DNA from: the human T2T-CHM13v2.0 reference genome, Homo sapiens
Assembly: GCF_009914755.1 (NCBI RefSeq)
Contig: NC_060931.1
Direction: 5' to 3' (one strand)
Length of the DNA: 64,000 bases
Below, one piece after another: positions 1 through 20,750 of this stretch. A model generated the notes under the pieces. The model ran no database searches. It was given only the letters and a program-made list of their open reading frames with translations, and was not told the origin of the DNA. A program made the position numbers and the translations under genes. How positions within the stretch are numbered: position 1 is the first letter of the stretch; each line of letters starts with the position of its first letter.

Positions 1-599
<599 letters not shown>

Positions 600-600
600 A

Positions 601-635
601 TTCTTTATTCAGCAGCGTGAAAATGGACTAATACA
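601..635 (+). mobile_element. 3' terminus of a THE1/MST (MaLR) LTR, interrupted by the L1 on its left
   Basis: tctttattcagcagcgtgaaaatggactaataca matches the THE1 LTR end. Confidence 0.8.
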
Positions 636-909
636 CCAACCTACCACCTATCCTCCATTGACCAACTGCTTTTCCTCATCCAGGATTAATTCCTGTTTTC
701 CTGAATGCAACTAACTTTCTTCCCAGCTATATAAACTCTTGACTTTAGTCAGGGAGGAGAGTCAGATTTGAGGTTTGTTTCTTCTCTCTCAGGCTGACAT
801 CACTCATAATTGAATCAAGCCATCTCTGACAATATTTGTTGTTTCAGTGACTGGCTTACCATGCAGCAAGCAAAATGACCTACATCAAACTCCTGGCATT
901 TTGGTAACA
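636..909 (+). mobile_element. ERV1 LTR 3' part (MER39/MER34-like)
   Basis: TATA-like tatataa; terminal ...cagtgactggcttacc...gacctacatcaaactcctggcattttggtaaca resembles MER39 ends. Confidence 0.6.
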
Positions 910-1033
910 ATAGTAAGTCCTCAATAAGTATTAACTATGACTAACAGTTTAAATATATGCCAAAAGTAGAAAGAAGCTCTCTTCTCGTATTGTTCACTTG
1001 TAAATTAATCATTTTCTATCCTGGAATACTTTA

Positions 1034-1362
<329 letters not shown>

Positions 1363-2149
1363 GTCTTAGATAACATGTGGATATAAATCTGGAGATTAAA
1401 TATGTGGTGAAACTAAGTTATTATGTTAACATAGTGATAAGTTGCAGGAGATAAAATCAATGTATCCTAATTCTATTTACTCATGTTACTTTTCTAAATC
1501 ATACAATGAAGTTACTACATTATTATAATGGAAAGAGCATAGTATTAAAGTATTAGAAATCTGACATAAACAAATTTATCCGTTGTTAGCCTTTATTCCA
1601 AAAAAGTTGTGCTAAATTTTGCTTACTGATTTTTGCTTAGAATGATATCGCATCAAAAGGGAGCATTTAAAAAATGAGATAAAATATTAATCTATGTATA
1701 CTAAAAAACTGGAAGAAAAAAGTAATCATATTTTATGATATCAATAGCTTAATCAGAGAAAATATCTACTAGAAAAACACATTTTTAACAATTTTAAATA
1801 TTCTTGGAAATCAGGAACTTTTCTAAACTTTCTAAGAAATTGTTATTATATTTACACAGGAGTTACCTATCAGTAAAAATAATCTTTAGACATATAGCAG
1901 TGCACTATACATCTGTACTTGCAATGGTATAATAAACTTTTAAAATAATTTATATTATAAATAATATTCATATTAATTATTTAAATATACATTTACATTT
2001 AAAATGCAGTTTTGTCAAATAAATAAAATTTAAGCAAAAAAAAAAGATGTAACCCAAAGCAATTAAGAGACCTTAAGATGATAGATACATTATTAAACTA
2101 ATTTGTCTCCATCATTAAGGCAAATTGATTACACATAAATAAGAAATAC

Positions 2150-4609
<2,460 letters not shown>

Positions 4610-5813
4610 TGAAATACATAGCAGTAAATATAAGATAAAACTTTTTCAAGTTAAATTTCCAAATGTTCTCAAAGATTTATCAAAGAGAGATGAAATTAAA
4701 TTATTACAGGTAAGGAATTATTATTTTATATAACCAACAACATGAGAAAAAAGTTTTTCTCCCGTTTTGATTTCACTGCAGATTTGAACCCATAATTGAC
4801 ATTGTGAACTAACCATTTTCACTCAGAGGATAAATGGGTGAATAACTATCAACCTGAGGATTTTTTTTCTCAGGTCTCTTGCATGTTTTTCAGGAGAGCT
4901 GATAACAATATTAGCCTAACACTCTTGCATAGGAAATAATATAATGAAAATAAGCTATTTAGCTGCCATATTAATATTTATAAAAAATACATATATCAAC
5001 TATCAGTGAGCTTTATTTTATTACTAAGAGTCTAAGTGGTAACCCAATTCTACCAACAAAATATGTATCTATGTTAGTGCTCATTTATTAAGTAATTATG
5101 CAGGCATTCATTCATATATATTGCTTTTAAACCTCTCCAACAATGGTTACATACTAATTATTTCTTCTTTACTAAGCTATTCTTTTTTAAATTTTAAATA
5201 ATAAAAACCTGGATCATAAATGAAATATTAAATTCTTGACAGCAAATAGCAAATCTTGACAGTTTAAATTTCCTTCTATAATATTTCAGTAAAATTGACA
5301 AAAAAAGGAATCAGTTAATATTTTGCTACAGAAAACAAATTTATCACTAGAAATATACTGACACATTTTTATATTATATATAATCCAACCAGATAATGTA
5401 ATTCATAATTTTTCCTCTCTCAAATTGATGTTTTATTTGGTTTATGACTTCTATGTATTTGAAATTCAGCTGGAATTGACATAAAATTGATAAATATATA
5501 AGCATTTATAATAATGTATATCTTCTTACACAAGATCAGGCTGCTTGCTAAATCCTATGGACTATGTTAGAAGATATGGTGTTGAGAAACCAAAGTAATT
5601 TTCTGATCTTCTTTTTCTTTTTTAGTTACTGTTACAGACAGAACAAAAGCAGGAAAATAAAAAAAAAAGTCTGGAGATTTTATTGTGTGAACATGGGTTG
5701 AAATAGAGGCAATAATAAAAGTAATTTATTTTAAGTAGGATTGTTAGATAAAGGCTATCTGAGACGTAAACATAAAGCTGGAACCTAATTAGAGTTAAAC
5801 ATGTTACACAGAA

Positions 5814-6178
5814 CGTATTAGTACATTTTCACACTGCTGATAACCACATACCCGACACTGGGTAATTTATAAAGAAAAAATAGGTTTAATGGACTCACTG
5901 TTCCAAGTGGCTGGGGAGGCCTCATAATCATGGTGGAAGGCAAAAGGCACATCTTACATGGTGGCAGGCAAGACAGAATGTGAACCTTGTGCAGGGAAAT
6001 TCCCCTTTATGAAACCATCAGATACCATGAGACTTATTCACTACCATGAGAACAGCACAGGAAAGACCTACACCCATGGTTCAATTACCTTCCAATGAGT
6101 GCCTCTTATGACACATGGGAATTACGGGGGCTACAATTCAAGATGAGATTTGGGTGGGAACACAGCCAAACCATATCA
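5814..6178 (-). mobile_element. THE1 (B/C-like) MaLR solo LTR, 365 bp
   Basis: Termini (c)gtattag...cacagccaaaccatatca; perfect 5-bp TSD CAGAA (5809-5813 and 6179-6183). Confidence 0.92.
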
Positions 6179-6309
6179 CAGAAGGAGAAAAAATAATTCC
6201 AGCTGGAAGAAAGAACATGTGCAGAGAGATTGACATAGGAATGAGGATGACTGTTGGTTAAACTGAAAAGTGAACATTATAAAAATGTTAATTGTCAAGT
6301 CAGAAACTG

Positions 6310-7085
6310 TGCAAGTATCTGAGGTGTTAGCACCTGCAGACTAATGGGTTAGCCTACCACAATTGTACAGGTACTGTCAAAAGACACAAAATATCTGTGT
6401 CAGGATGAAGATACAATTTTATTATTCACAGCTATAGCAGGAGCCAGGGTGACATTTAGTTCCAGTGTAAGCCCCAATTCCCACAGGGCAATGTGAGAAG
6501 GTTCAGATGTTACCTATACCCAGAGTGGGAATACTAATATTAGAAACTGAACATTGTATAAGGACTACTGGCAAATTGGTCTATCTCCATCTTCTGGAGA
6601 GAGTCTTTCTGTCTATGACTCTGAAATATCATGAAAATCAGCTTTAGGAAGAAAGAGATCTCTATTTCTACTTCAGCTCAAGGCAGCCTGGTATGCAAAC
6701 ATCCTTGAAAATAAAGTATGGGGCCCAGTGCGTGGCTCACGCTTGTAATCTCAGCACTTTGGGAGGCTGAGGCAAGCAGATCACTTGAGGTCATGAGTTC
6801 AAGACCAGCCTAGCCAACGTAGTTAAACTCCATCTCTACTAAAATTACAAAAATTAGCTGGGTGTGGTGGTGGGTGCCTGTAATCCCAGTTGCTCAGGTG
6901 GCTGAGGCGGGAGATTAGCTTGATCCTGGGAGGCAGAGGTTGCACTGAGCCGAGATTGAGCCATTGCACTCCAGTCTGGGTGACAGAGTGAGACTCTACC
7001 TCAAAAACAAAAAAAAAAAGTATGGAGTAAATTAGCTATTAATCTATTAATGTCTTTGAAGGTGTGCAGTAATGAACTTGCACAA
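6310..7085 (-). mobile_element. ERVL LTR (LTR40-like), split by an Alu
   Basis: gttagcctaccac...tttattattcacagc...caaacatccttgaaaa motifs, shared with the copy at about 41560-42030. Confidence 0.55.
6722..7019 (+). mobile_element. Alu, S subfamily
   Basis: Full dimer with poly(A); TSD aaagtatgg on both sides. Confidence 0.95.
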
Positions 7086-7089
7086 AAGG

Positions 7090-8340
<1,251 letters not shown>

Positions 8341-8829
8341 TTTACAGTTAAGAGACCAAGGTAATTTCATAGTACAGAAAAATTGCCATGGTAATATAAT
8401 GAAAAGAGAAATATATTCCAACTGAAAAGATCTGTTTAGGCTTTCTCTAATGAGTATGTTTCTCAGTTTTATTTCATATTTATATCTGTAATTATATGTA
8501 TATATAAATATTTATCATAATGGAATAGATTAGAAGGGATACTTCTAATTACAGATTTCTCAGGTATGCTCTGTATTTTGCTCTCCCTGTCGAATGCCTC
8601 CCTAAAAATGTTCCATGTCACACCACCTGGGTAATTCAGAACAATGTATAAATAATATCTACATGCTTGTTATTCTGGGAAAACATCTTTGTAATACTAT
8701 TTCAAGGAATTCTGGAAGTGAATGAAAAGTCTGAAGGTTAGTTAGTAACTGCCCCTGATTAGATTTGGTACAAGATCCATTAAAATATTATTTTGTTAGA
8801 TGATAAAATAAATATATTCCAGTTTTATA

Positions 8830-8985
8830 TTTCCATGTATATTCTCTTGATAAACTGCAAGATTTTGCAGAACAACAGTATGATTATTTTATCTTTTTAT
8901 TCCAAATGGCATACACAGTGCCTGTCATAGAATAACCAGTTAGGTAGCTATTTAGAGATGCATGAATGAATGGATGAATGGCCAG
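8830..8985 (+). mobile_element. L2 3' end
   Basis: cacagtgcctgtcatag...atgaatgaatggatgaatg, typical of the L2 tail. Confidence 0.6.
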
Positions 8986-9374
8986 CTGAGTCAAGTGCAT
9001 TTTAGTTGGGCTTGAAAGATTTATATGGGTTTACATGGGACGTATGGAGGTAAAAATAAAGAATGTCCACTGAGAAGAAACAATTTCAGGAAAGGTTTAG
9101 AAGTGGAAGACCAGGACATTTTATAAAAAAATGATAGTGGCTGGTAGTAGAAGCATATGAGAAAAAGAAAGTGTAGTTCAACTTAAGCTAGCACAAATTG
9201 TAGAAGCCAAATCAACATCTTTTTGTATAAAATAAATTTTATTGCGTTCATATAAAATAAATTAATTTTTAACTATAGACTGAATCCTAAGGACTTTGTC
9301 AGAGAGTGTGGTGTTGAGAAATCAAAGTAACTTTCTGCTCTTCTTTACCTATACCCTATATTTGCATATCCTAC

Positions 9375-11678
<2,304 letters not shown>

Positions 11679-11766
11679 AAAAATCAACCTTTTTAGGCAA
11701 TGGAATGGACTGAACAGATTTAAAAAATCAACCTTTTTAGGCAATGGAATGGACTGAACAGATTTA
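11679..11766. repeat. Perfect 44-bp tandem duplication
   Basis: aaaaatcaacctttttaggcaatggaatggactgaacagattta x2. Confidence 0.95.
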
Positions 11767-12237
11767 ATTTTTAAGAGGACAGTTTAGGCAGTAGTTGGGA
11801 AATCTATAGGGGCCACATTCAGATATATGTGCAGTGACTAGAGATGTAACATTAGAAGAGTGATGAATACTACATATTTGAAAAAAATAGTATGCTTTGG
11901 TTTAGACAGTGAAATATTATAGCTCAACTAGAACATTCATGTAATTTCCATCAGCAATTGTAAAATATAAAAAGAACTTTGAGAAAAATATTGTGAATAA
12001 TTAATTAACATGGTCATATATAATTTTTCCTAGTACTGCTAAGCATTCTTGAAATAGGTGCACATTAAAAACTTAAATATTAATTTATTTAGTTGAAAAT
12101 AGTTTAAACCAACTATGAAGTGTCAGTCGCTACCATAGGGAGTGGAGCTGTAAATATTAGTTGAGATGTGAATAAGTAAAAGTTAATGAGGAACGTGTTA
12201 ATAAGGAGCTTGAAGACTTTAAGCTTAAAAACCACCT

Positions 12238-12298
12238 CCCACCACACACACAAACACACACACACACACAAACATACACCCTGACACACACAAACAAA
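12238..12298. repeat. Imperfect (CA)n microsatellite
   Basis: Interrupted CA run. Confidence 0.85.
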
Positions 12299-13380
12299 TA
12301 ATATACCTATTTACAATCTTACATCTTTGAGAATTTCATAGAATAATTCCATTTATAGAGCTATCTACAATTATAAAAATGAAATACACAAAGAAATAAT
12401 GAGATAAAAATTATTAAAAGAGAAAGAAACATAAGAATGAAATAACTGAGATGTGTACTGTTTACAAAGTTGAAATTTGTGACAAGGTGACCACTTTCTT
12501 ACCAATTTTTTTTCCAATCTTCGGGGGCAAGAGCCAGCCAACAGTAACATTATCTTTTTCATGTGATTTTGAATAGATACAAAATTGTATGCTTTTCTGA
12601 AAAAACTGTGCCTGAGAAACTTCCTGGGCTTGAGTATTTTTATTGGCCTTTGCACATGAAACAGATCAACAAATTGTTACCATCATTAGATGAGAGTTGC
12701 TCTTTAATCACATTGTGATTAAAAGCATATCTGAATGTCATTTAAAATGTCATGAGCATAACATGCTTTTTTAAGGGGCCAAAGAACATTTTACTTTTAA
12801 AATAAATCAATCTTTTATATGCTTATTTTTAATAAAGCTAAAACCATTATAATTAATATAACCATACTAGTAGAACTGAGGTAGAAAAAAAAACCAAAAC
12901 TTTGACTTATGTCTAATGTTTTGAGACTAGTATTGTATATTTGCTTTCTGAACTGATAATGGTGTATTTCAATTAACCTTTTCCATGTGATATGTGTTGA
13001 TACAACAGTTTATTGTTGCCATCTGTTTTACTTGCAGGATCTAATTCAATGGTGATTTACTATTTAATGGAAGAAATTTGAATACACTGGGGAATACTTA
13101 ATTTCCTTATTCTAATACATAAAATATTTTCAGGAGATTGTATGTTTGCATTATCTTTGTTAGGTGCATCATTGTTTGAGGGAGCAATTTCGACATATGT
13201 ATTGAATACATATTTTAAATACGAAAAGATAAAATTCTGCTTAAAGTCAATTAAATTGCTACTTGTGAAATTAGTTTGAAAATAATTTGCAAATTTTTTA
13301 ATGAAATAATCCTCTAGTTGAAGCACAGTATCCTGTAATAATGGGATATATGTGTGCACACAGGTGCATGCACACGCCAC

Positions 13381-13415
13381 TGTGTGTGTGTATGTGTGTG
13401 TGTGTGTGTGTGTGT
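13381..13415. repeat. (TG)n microsatellite with one interruption
   Basis: tgtgtgtgtgta(tg)n. Confidence 0.95.
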
Positions 13416-15423
13416 AGGGGAATCTTAGTCTAAAGCATCCCACTGCAAACTAAAAGCTCTTTAAAGTATATTAATGTCACAAAAAGTTAAGGCATTTTTC
13501 CATTCTTGTTAGCATGTTTCTTTTACCATTTTTCTCATTTCAAATTACTTGGACTTTAAACGTTCCCTGAAACTTAAATATACTGAGGTTCTGGGAAGAG
13601 CTAACATGCCAACATTTCTATTTTGATACACATATCTTTCTGGCAAGCTGCTGAGTACCTCCAGTTAAGAAGCACAGGCCTAAACTCTCAGTGTACAGCA
13701 TTGATAAAATATATCTCGAGTCTAGTGCTCAGAACAATTTCTAGTATATATTACATTTGAGATAAATGTTAGTTTTTTGTTGGTGGATATTATTTCATTA
13801 AGATTCCCATCTATTATTCTAGAGAAAACTAGATAATAAAGATTATTTTTGGCATAGTGCTTATGAGAAATCTAATAAGTATCTTGTCACTCACTCTCAT
13901 TTTAGGGAAAGGCTGACCTCTAGCATCTTACCATTCCAACCCTCTCACTTCCCTTTCCCAGTACAGGTTGCATCTTCCCTGCTGCTGAGTTTTTCACAAG
14001 TCACAAGTGCTGCTTTCTTTTAGCCATCTAGAGTTAAGCAAGAACTTTATTCATTAATCCTTTATTGGTTTTAATAGCATTTCAAGTGTTGGAGTAGTTA
14101 TTAAAGGATATGCAAATTTCTTAGTAACTCTCAAATTGTACTATTCATTTTCTATATATCTATATTTAAAATTTTTAATTTCATTATCCCTCCAAATATA
14201 TTTTCCTGATGTAGTAACCATCTGCAACTGAGACTGCTTTCTACATGTACAACATGATAATTTTAAGCAGGAAAAGGTTCAGATAATAAGTAAATAACAC
14301 TTCAAATTAATTAAATAAAAATTACTAGATGATATTAGTAAATATTGTATCTGGTAATCCTATGCCAAAAAAAACACTGTTAAAGTGTCCTCAGTTTTTT
14401 GAAAATGCACATATTTAAACTCTTATTTGATTACCCAATTTTGGTAAGAGTAGTCCAAATACAATCCAATAAATTCTTCATTTTTCTTTTCCTCCTCATT
14501 TAGTTTCAATTTCCTTTTACTTTCACCCTCATTTGTTTATCTTTTCTGTCTGATGTGGATTAATTTAACTGCTAGAGTGCATAGGAGATTTTATAGAAAT
14601 ATTGACAATAATCACACTGTTAAGTGTTCTCATTCTTTAATCCTGAACTACCAGACATCTTTTTTGGTAATTGTCTCCCTAGCCTACTTTTATTCAATAA
14701 ATATTTTTATATGAAGAAAAAGTTATTATCCTAGAAAAGGATGGAAATATATCCTTATCTAAAGAAAATAGGATGTTCTAAATTTTAGGGTAACATTCAG
14801 TTAGACTGCAGCTTTTTTCTTAAATCGTGTACATGTAGCTAGGATAAATTTATTTATAAATGTATTTATTTTCTCCAAAGTCTACATTCATACACACTAG
14901 GAGCCAACAATAATGTAATGTAATTTTTCACTCTCCAGTGACAAACAATACTATACCTCTTTTTAAATATTCTATTACAAATATGTTCATAATTTGTGTC
15001 CCTACAAAATGATTTTGGGAAGCAATAAACTAAAAATTGAAAACAAATTTTGCAATATTTTAAACATCAAATTCACATAATTAAGCATACAGAAAACAGA
15101 CGCACATAATCTCACAGAAAAATAAAACACTATTGATTACCCTTGGTTTTCTGAAATTTTGAATCAGAAAATCTCAAATTATGACCCATTGTTACGTGAT
15201 CTTTGAAAAAAATTACAAAGTATTGACCAGAGGTAATAGTCTATTTAAAAAGGTGGATTTCAGGGCTTATGGTAAAAAGATCATCTGTGTTATAGTTTCT
15301 TTACAGTTGTTCATTACCTCTCCAACTTCAGTGACTTTAGTCATGAGATAGTAACAATAATATTTACTTCAAGGGATTTTTAAGATTACATGAGAAGAAA
15401 ATAGCAAATAAAATGTAACTGTA

Positions 15424-17582
15424 GGCATCCAAATTGGTAAGGAAAAAGTCAAATTATCCAGGTTTACAGATGATACAATTTTATATTTGGAAAAACCTAA
15501 GACTACACACACACAAAAATCTATTAGAGCTGATAAACAAATTCATTAAAGTTGTAGGGCATAAAATCAACAAAGAAAAATCAGTATCATTTCTATATGC
15601 CAACAGTGAACAATCTGAAAAAGAAATGAAGAAGTAATTGTATTTACAATAGTCATGAATGCAATTAAATACTAAGGAATTAACATAATGAAAGATGTAA
15701 CAGGTCTCTATTAAAAAAAAACTATGAAACACTGATGAGAGTAATTGAAGAGGACATCAAAAAGTACAAAGATATTCCATATTCATGGATTGGAAGAATC
15801 AATATTGTTAAAATGTCTATACTGCCCAAAACAATCTACAGATTAAGTGCAATTTCTTTCAAAATAGCAATCACATTCTTCACAGAAATAGAAAAAAAAA
15901 TTTCTAAAAGTTACATGGAACCATAAAAGACACAGAATAGCCAATGCTATCCTAAGTAAAAAAAAAAAAAAAAAAACCATAGGAATCACATGACCTCACT
16001 TCAAATTACAAAACAGTGCTACAATAACTACAAAAACATGATACTAGCATAAAAACAGACACACAGACCAATGGAACAGAAGAAAGATCCCAGAAACAAA
16101 TCCATACACCTATATGAACTCATTTTTGACAAAGGTGCCAAGAACGCACACTGGGGAAATAAATACATTCTATTCAATAAATTGTGCTCAGAAAACTGAA
16201 TATCCATATGCAGAAGAATGAAACTAGGCCCTTATCTCTTGCCATATACAAAAATCAAAGTAAAAATGAATTAAAGACTTAAATTTAAGACCCTAAACTA
16301 TGAAAACAAAACATTGGGGAAAAATATCCAGGACATTGATTTACACAAAGATTTCTTGAGTAAGACCCAACAAGCACAGTTAACCAAAGCAAAAATGAAC
16401 AAATGAGTTAAAAAGTAAAAACCTTCTGCATAGAAAAGGAAACAGTCAACAAAATGAAGAGACAATCCACAGAATGCAAGAAAATATTTATAAACTACCC
16501 ATCTGCCAAGGAAATAATAATTAGAATATATAAGGAGCTCAAACAACTCTGTAAGAAAAAAAATCTAATAATCTCATCAAAAATGGGCAAAAGATCTGAA
16601 TAGACATTTTTCAAAATAATACATACAAATGGCAAACAGGCATATGAAAAGGTGTTTAACGTCATTGATCAGCAGAGATAAGAAAATCAAAACTACAATG
16701 AGATATCATCTCTCCCAAGTTAAAATGGCTTATGTATTACACAACAGACAGGCAATAACAAATGCTAGCAAGGATGTGGAGAAAAGGGAACCCTCATACA
16801 CTGTTGGTGGGAATATAAATTATTATTTCCACATGGAGAACAGTTTGAAAGTTCCTCAAAAAAACTACAAATAGCTCTACCATATGATCCAGCAATCCCA
16901 CTGCTGGGTATATACCCCAAAGAAAGGAAATCAGTATATTGAAGAGATATCTGCACTCCAATGTTTACTGCAGCACTGTTCACAATAGCCAAGATTTGGA
17001 AGCAACCTAAGTGTCCATTAACAGATAAATGGATAAAGAAAGTGTAATATATATATACATACACAATGGGTTACTATTCAGCCATGAAAAAGAATGAGAT
17101 CCAGTCATCTGCAACAACACTGATGGAACTAGAGATCATTATGTTAAGTGAAATAAGGCAGGCATGGAAAGACAACATAACATGTTCTTATTTATCTGTG
17201 AGATTTAAAAATCAAAACAATTGAATTCATTGTCATAAACCATAGAATGGTTACCAGAGGCTGGGAGGGGAAGTAGAGGGTTGAGGGCAGGTGGGAATGG
17301 TTAAGGGTACAAAAAAAAAGTTAGAAAGAATGAATAAGACCTACTATTTAATAGCACAATATGGTCACTATCGTCAAAAATAACTGCACATTTTAAAATA
17401 ACTAAAAGAGTATTAACTGGATTGTTTGTAACACAAAGGATAAATGCTTAAGGGGATAAATATAACCCATTCTTCATGATATGATTTTTTACACATTCCA
17501 TGCCTGTATTAAAACATCTCATGTTCCTTATAAATATGTATATCTACTAAGTACCCACAAAAATTAACAATATTTTTAAAAA
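15424..17582 (+). mobile_element. L1MA (about L1MA2-3), 5'-truncated: RT to 3'UTR
   Basis: Decayed ORF2 peptides ([20 protein letters not shown]; KTTMRYHL); 3'UTR ggataaatgcttaagggg...gtacccacaaaaatt; TSD core aactgta on both sides. Confidence 0.88.
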
Positions 17583-18419
17583 CTGTAAGTATAATTGTGC
17601 ATAAAATAGCCACTAATTCACATATAATGCAATTTAGTCAATTATCTTTGATTTATAAAAGAATGTTACAAATTGTTCTAGAACCTGAATGCTTAATTAT
17701 CATGGTGATGTATACTCAGTGGAATTAGTCTGTAGAATCTAATATTATGACTAGTGAAATTAAGTTGAGAAAATGTGCAGACATTGGAGCAAATTTGAAC
17801 TTATTGCTAATGCTGACATTTTAGTGTGCCACGCTTTCATGAAAATGAGTTATAATCCAACAACTCTGAAAAAATACAAAGTAAAAAAAATAACAAACAA
17901 AAGTAGAAGTTAAAGGAAAAGTACCAAGAGAAAAAAATAAAAAGAGGTAAGAATTTTAAGAAGGAATGGCAAGGCAAGATTCTCCTGTTTTATTGGATTT
18001 AATAGGAAATAAAGTCTACACTAAGCAGGTGAACTAAAATTTTGAATGAAATCTCACAGTTTTTCTGGACCAATTTACTACTGGAAATAAATCAGGACAA
18101 CAACAACTACGGGAAATGAGTTGGGGGCCAGAGAGATGAGAAAGACAGAGAGATGAATCACCACATTATGAGCATAAACCATGTCCTCATCCCTGACTAA
18201 ACCTTGAAAAATGCATTCCTTGGAATGACTGAAAATAACCTAGTTACACATTTAATCATTTAACAGATTTGTGCTGTCATTGAAGAGACTGAGTTTCTAA
18301 TATCAGTATAGTCAAGTTAGTTGCCTGATAAAAAAGGAAATTAAACACTCTTCAAAGAAAAGTGACAAAATTCAGTTTCCACAACGTCGTCACAAAGCCT
18401 CCATATGCATCATAAATAG

Positions 18420-18795
18420 AATGAATTAAAAACTGTGGTATAACTGCAAATAGAATACTACTAAGAAATAAAAATTAATGATTTACTTTAATTTACACCA
18501 AATTAATGAACCTCAAAAATATAATGTTAAGTGAAAGATGTCTTACATAAAATAACACCTTTATAATTCAGCTTTTAGAAAATTATAAAAAAGAGTAATC
18601 CATGGTAGAAAAAATGGAACAATGATTGCATCTGGGAAGAGGGATTGCTGAAAAAATAAAATAAAATAACTCTCTTGAGTTGCTGTAGTACTATGTATCT
18701 TGACAGTGGGTTATGAGGATGTAAGGATTTTTGAAAATGCAGACAATGTACAGGTAAGATTTTTATATTTCATTTTATGCAAACATCACATCTGA
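18420..18795 (+). mobile_element. Old L1M (L1ME-like) 3' end fragment
   Basis: aaactgtggtata...atgaacctcaaaaatataatgttaagtgaaag motif. Confidence 0.6.
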
Positions 18796-18806
18796 AAGAC
18801 TACAGA

Positions 18807-19795
18807 AGGAGGCAGAGCAATATGACTGAGTAGAACCCTCCATCGATTGCCCTTTCCCAACCCACTGCATGAATACCAAATTGAACAACTATCCACATGA
18901 GACAACACCTTCATAAGAACCAAAAAAATAGGTGAGTGATCATAGCACCTGGTTTTAACATCATATCAAGAAAAAAAAGACAATGAAGAGGGTAAGAAAG
19001 ACAGTCTTGAATTGCCTACACCACCTTTCCCCAATCCCCTGGCAGCTGTTGCATGGCACAGAGAGAGAATGTGTGTTTTAGAGAGGGAAGGTGCAGTGAT
19101 TGTGGGACTTTGCATTAGTGCTCATTGTTGACCTGTCAAAGTGGAAAGCAACACAAGGCAGTACTCAGCCAGTGCCCACAAAGGGAGAATTTAGGCCATC
19201 CCAACCAGAGGGAAATTGCCCATCCAGCAGCCCAGAACTGAGTTCCAACTAGCCCCACTACCATGGGCTAAAGTGCTCTTGGGTTCTAAACAAACTTGGA
19301 AGGCAGTCTAGGCCACAAAGACTGCAATTCCTCAGCATGTTCTTATGCTGTGCTGGGCTCAGAGCCAGTGGACTTGGGATGTAAATGACCTGGTCAGACT
19401 GAGTTGGGGTGACCAAGGGAGTCCTTTTATCACCTCTCCTCCAATTCCAGACAGCACAGCTAACAGCTTCTGGAGGAAGGGGAAGAGTAAGAAGACCTTT
19501 ATACTGCAATTGGATGCCAATTTAGCCACAGTAAAATAAAGCACCAAGCAGGGTCCTGAAGCCTCCTTTCCAATCCATAATGCTTGAATGAAATATATAG
19601 ACCCACCCTGGGCTAGAAGGAAACGGAAAAGAAAGAGCCAATCCTGGCAGAACTTACCACCTGCTGATGAAAAAGCCCTTGAACCTTGAATAAATATCAA
19701 TGATAATCAGGCAGGAGTCACCACAGGCCTTGGGCAAGACCCAGTATTGTGCTGGCTTCAGGCATGATCCAGCACATTCCCAGCTGTGGTGGACA
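18807..19795 (+). mobile_element. L1M (L1M1/L1M2-type) 5'UTR
   Basis: Starts gaggcagagcaatatgactgagtagaa (cf. gagcaagatggccgaatagaa); GC-richer 5'UTR-like sequence. Confidence 0.7.
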
Positions 19796-20750
19796 CAAGC
19801 AACCTACAGAATGGGAGAAAATTTTTGCAATCTATCCATCTGCCAAAGGTCTAATATCCAGAATCTACAAGGAACTTAAACAAATTTACAAGAAAAAAAC
19901 AAACAACCCCATCCAAAAGTGGGCAAATGATAGGAAAAGGAACTTCTCAGAAGAAAATATTCATATGGCCAGCAAACATATGAAAAAAAGCTCAAGATCA
20001 CAGATTATTAGAGAAATGGAAATCAAAACCACAATGAGATACCATCTCGTGCCAGTCAGAATGGCAATTATTAAAAAGTCAAGAAATTGTAGATGCTGGC
20101 GAACCTGTGAAGAAATAGGAATGCTTTTACACTGTTGGTGAGAACCTAAGTTAGTTCAACCATTGTGGAAGACAGTTCGGCTATTCCTCAAGGATCAAGG
20201 ACCAGAAATATCATTTGACCCAGCAAAACCATTACTGGGATTTAGATTTATATACCCAAAAGAATAGAAATCATTCTACTATGAAGACACATCCACACGT
20301 GTATTTATTGCAGCACCGTTTACAATAGCAAAGATATGGAACTAACCCAAATGCTGATTGATGACAGACTTGATAAAGAAAACGTGGTACATATACACCA
20401 TTGAATACTATGAAGCCATAAAAAGGAGTGAGATCATGCCCTTTGCGGGGACATGGATGAATCTGGAGCCATCATCTTCAGCAACTAACACAGGAAAAGA
20501 AAACCAAACACCACATATTCTCATTAATAATTGGGTGTTGAACAGTGAGAACACATGGACACAGGGAGGGGAACAACACACACTGGGGCCTGTTTGCGGG
20601 GAGGGGGTGAGGGGAGGAAACCTAGATGATGGGTCAGTACGTGCAGCAAACCATCATGGCACACGTATACCTACGTAACAAACCTGCACGTTCTGCATAT
20701 GTATTCTGGAACTTAAAGTAAAATTAAAAAAAAAAAAAAGAAAGAAAAAA
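19796..20750 (+). mobile_element. L1PA (about PA8-PA11) 3' end, 5'-truncated, with poly(A)
   Basis: [14 protein letters not shown]... in ORF 19749-20141; 3'UTR ending aacttaaagtaaaatt(A)n. Confidence 0.9.

Noticed and set aside
13060-13443. 127-aa ORF in unique DNA
   Set aside because: It crosses a (CA)n repeat, has a non-ATG start and shows no domain or splice support.
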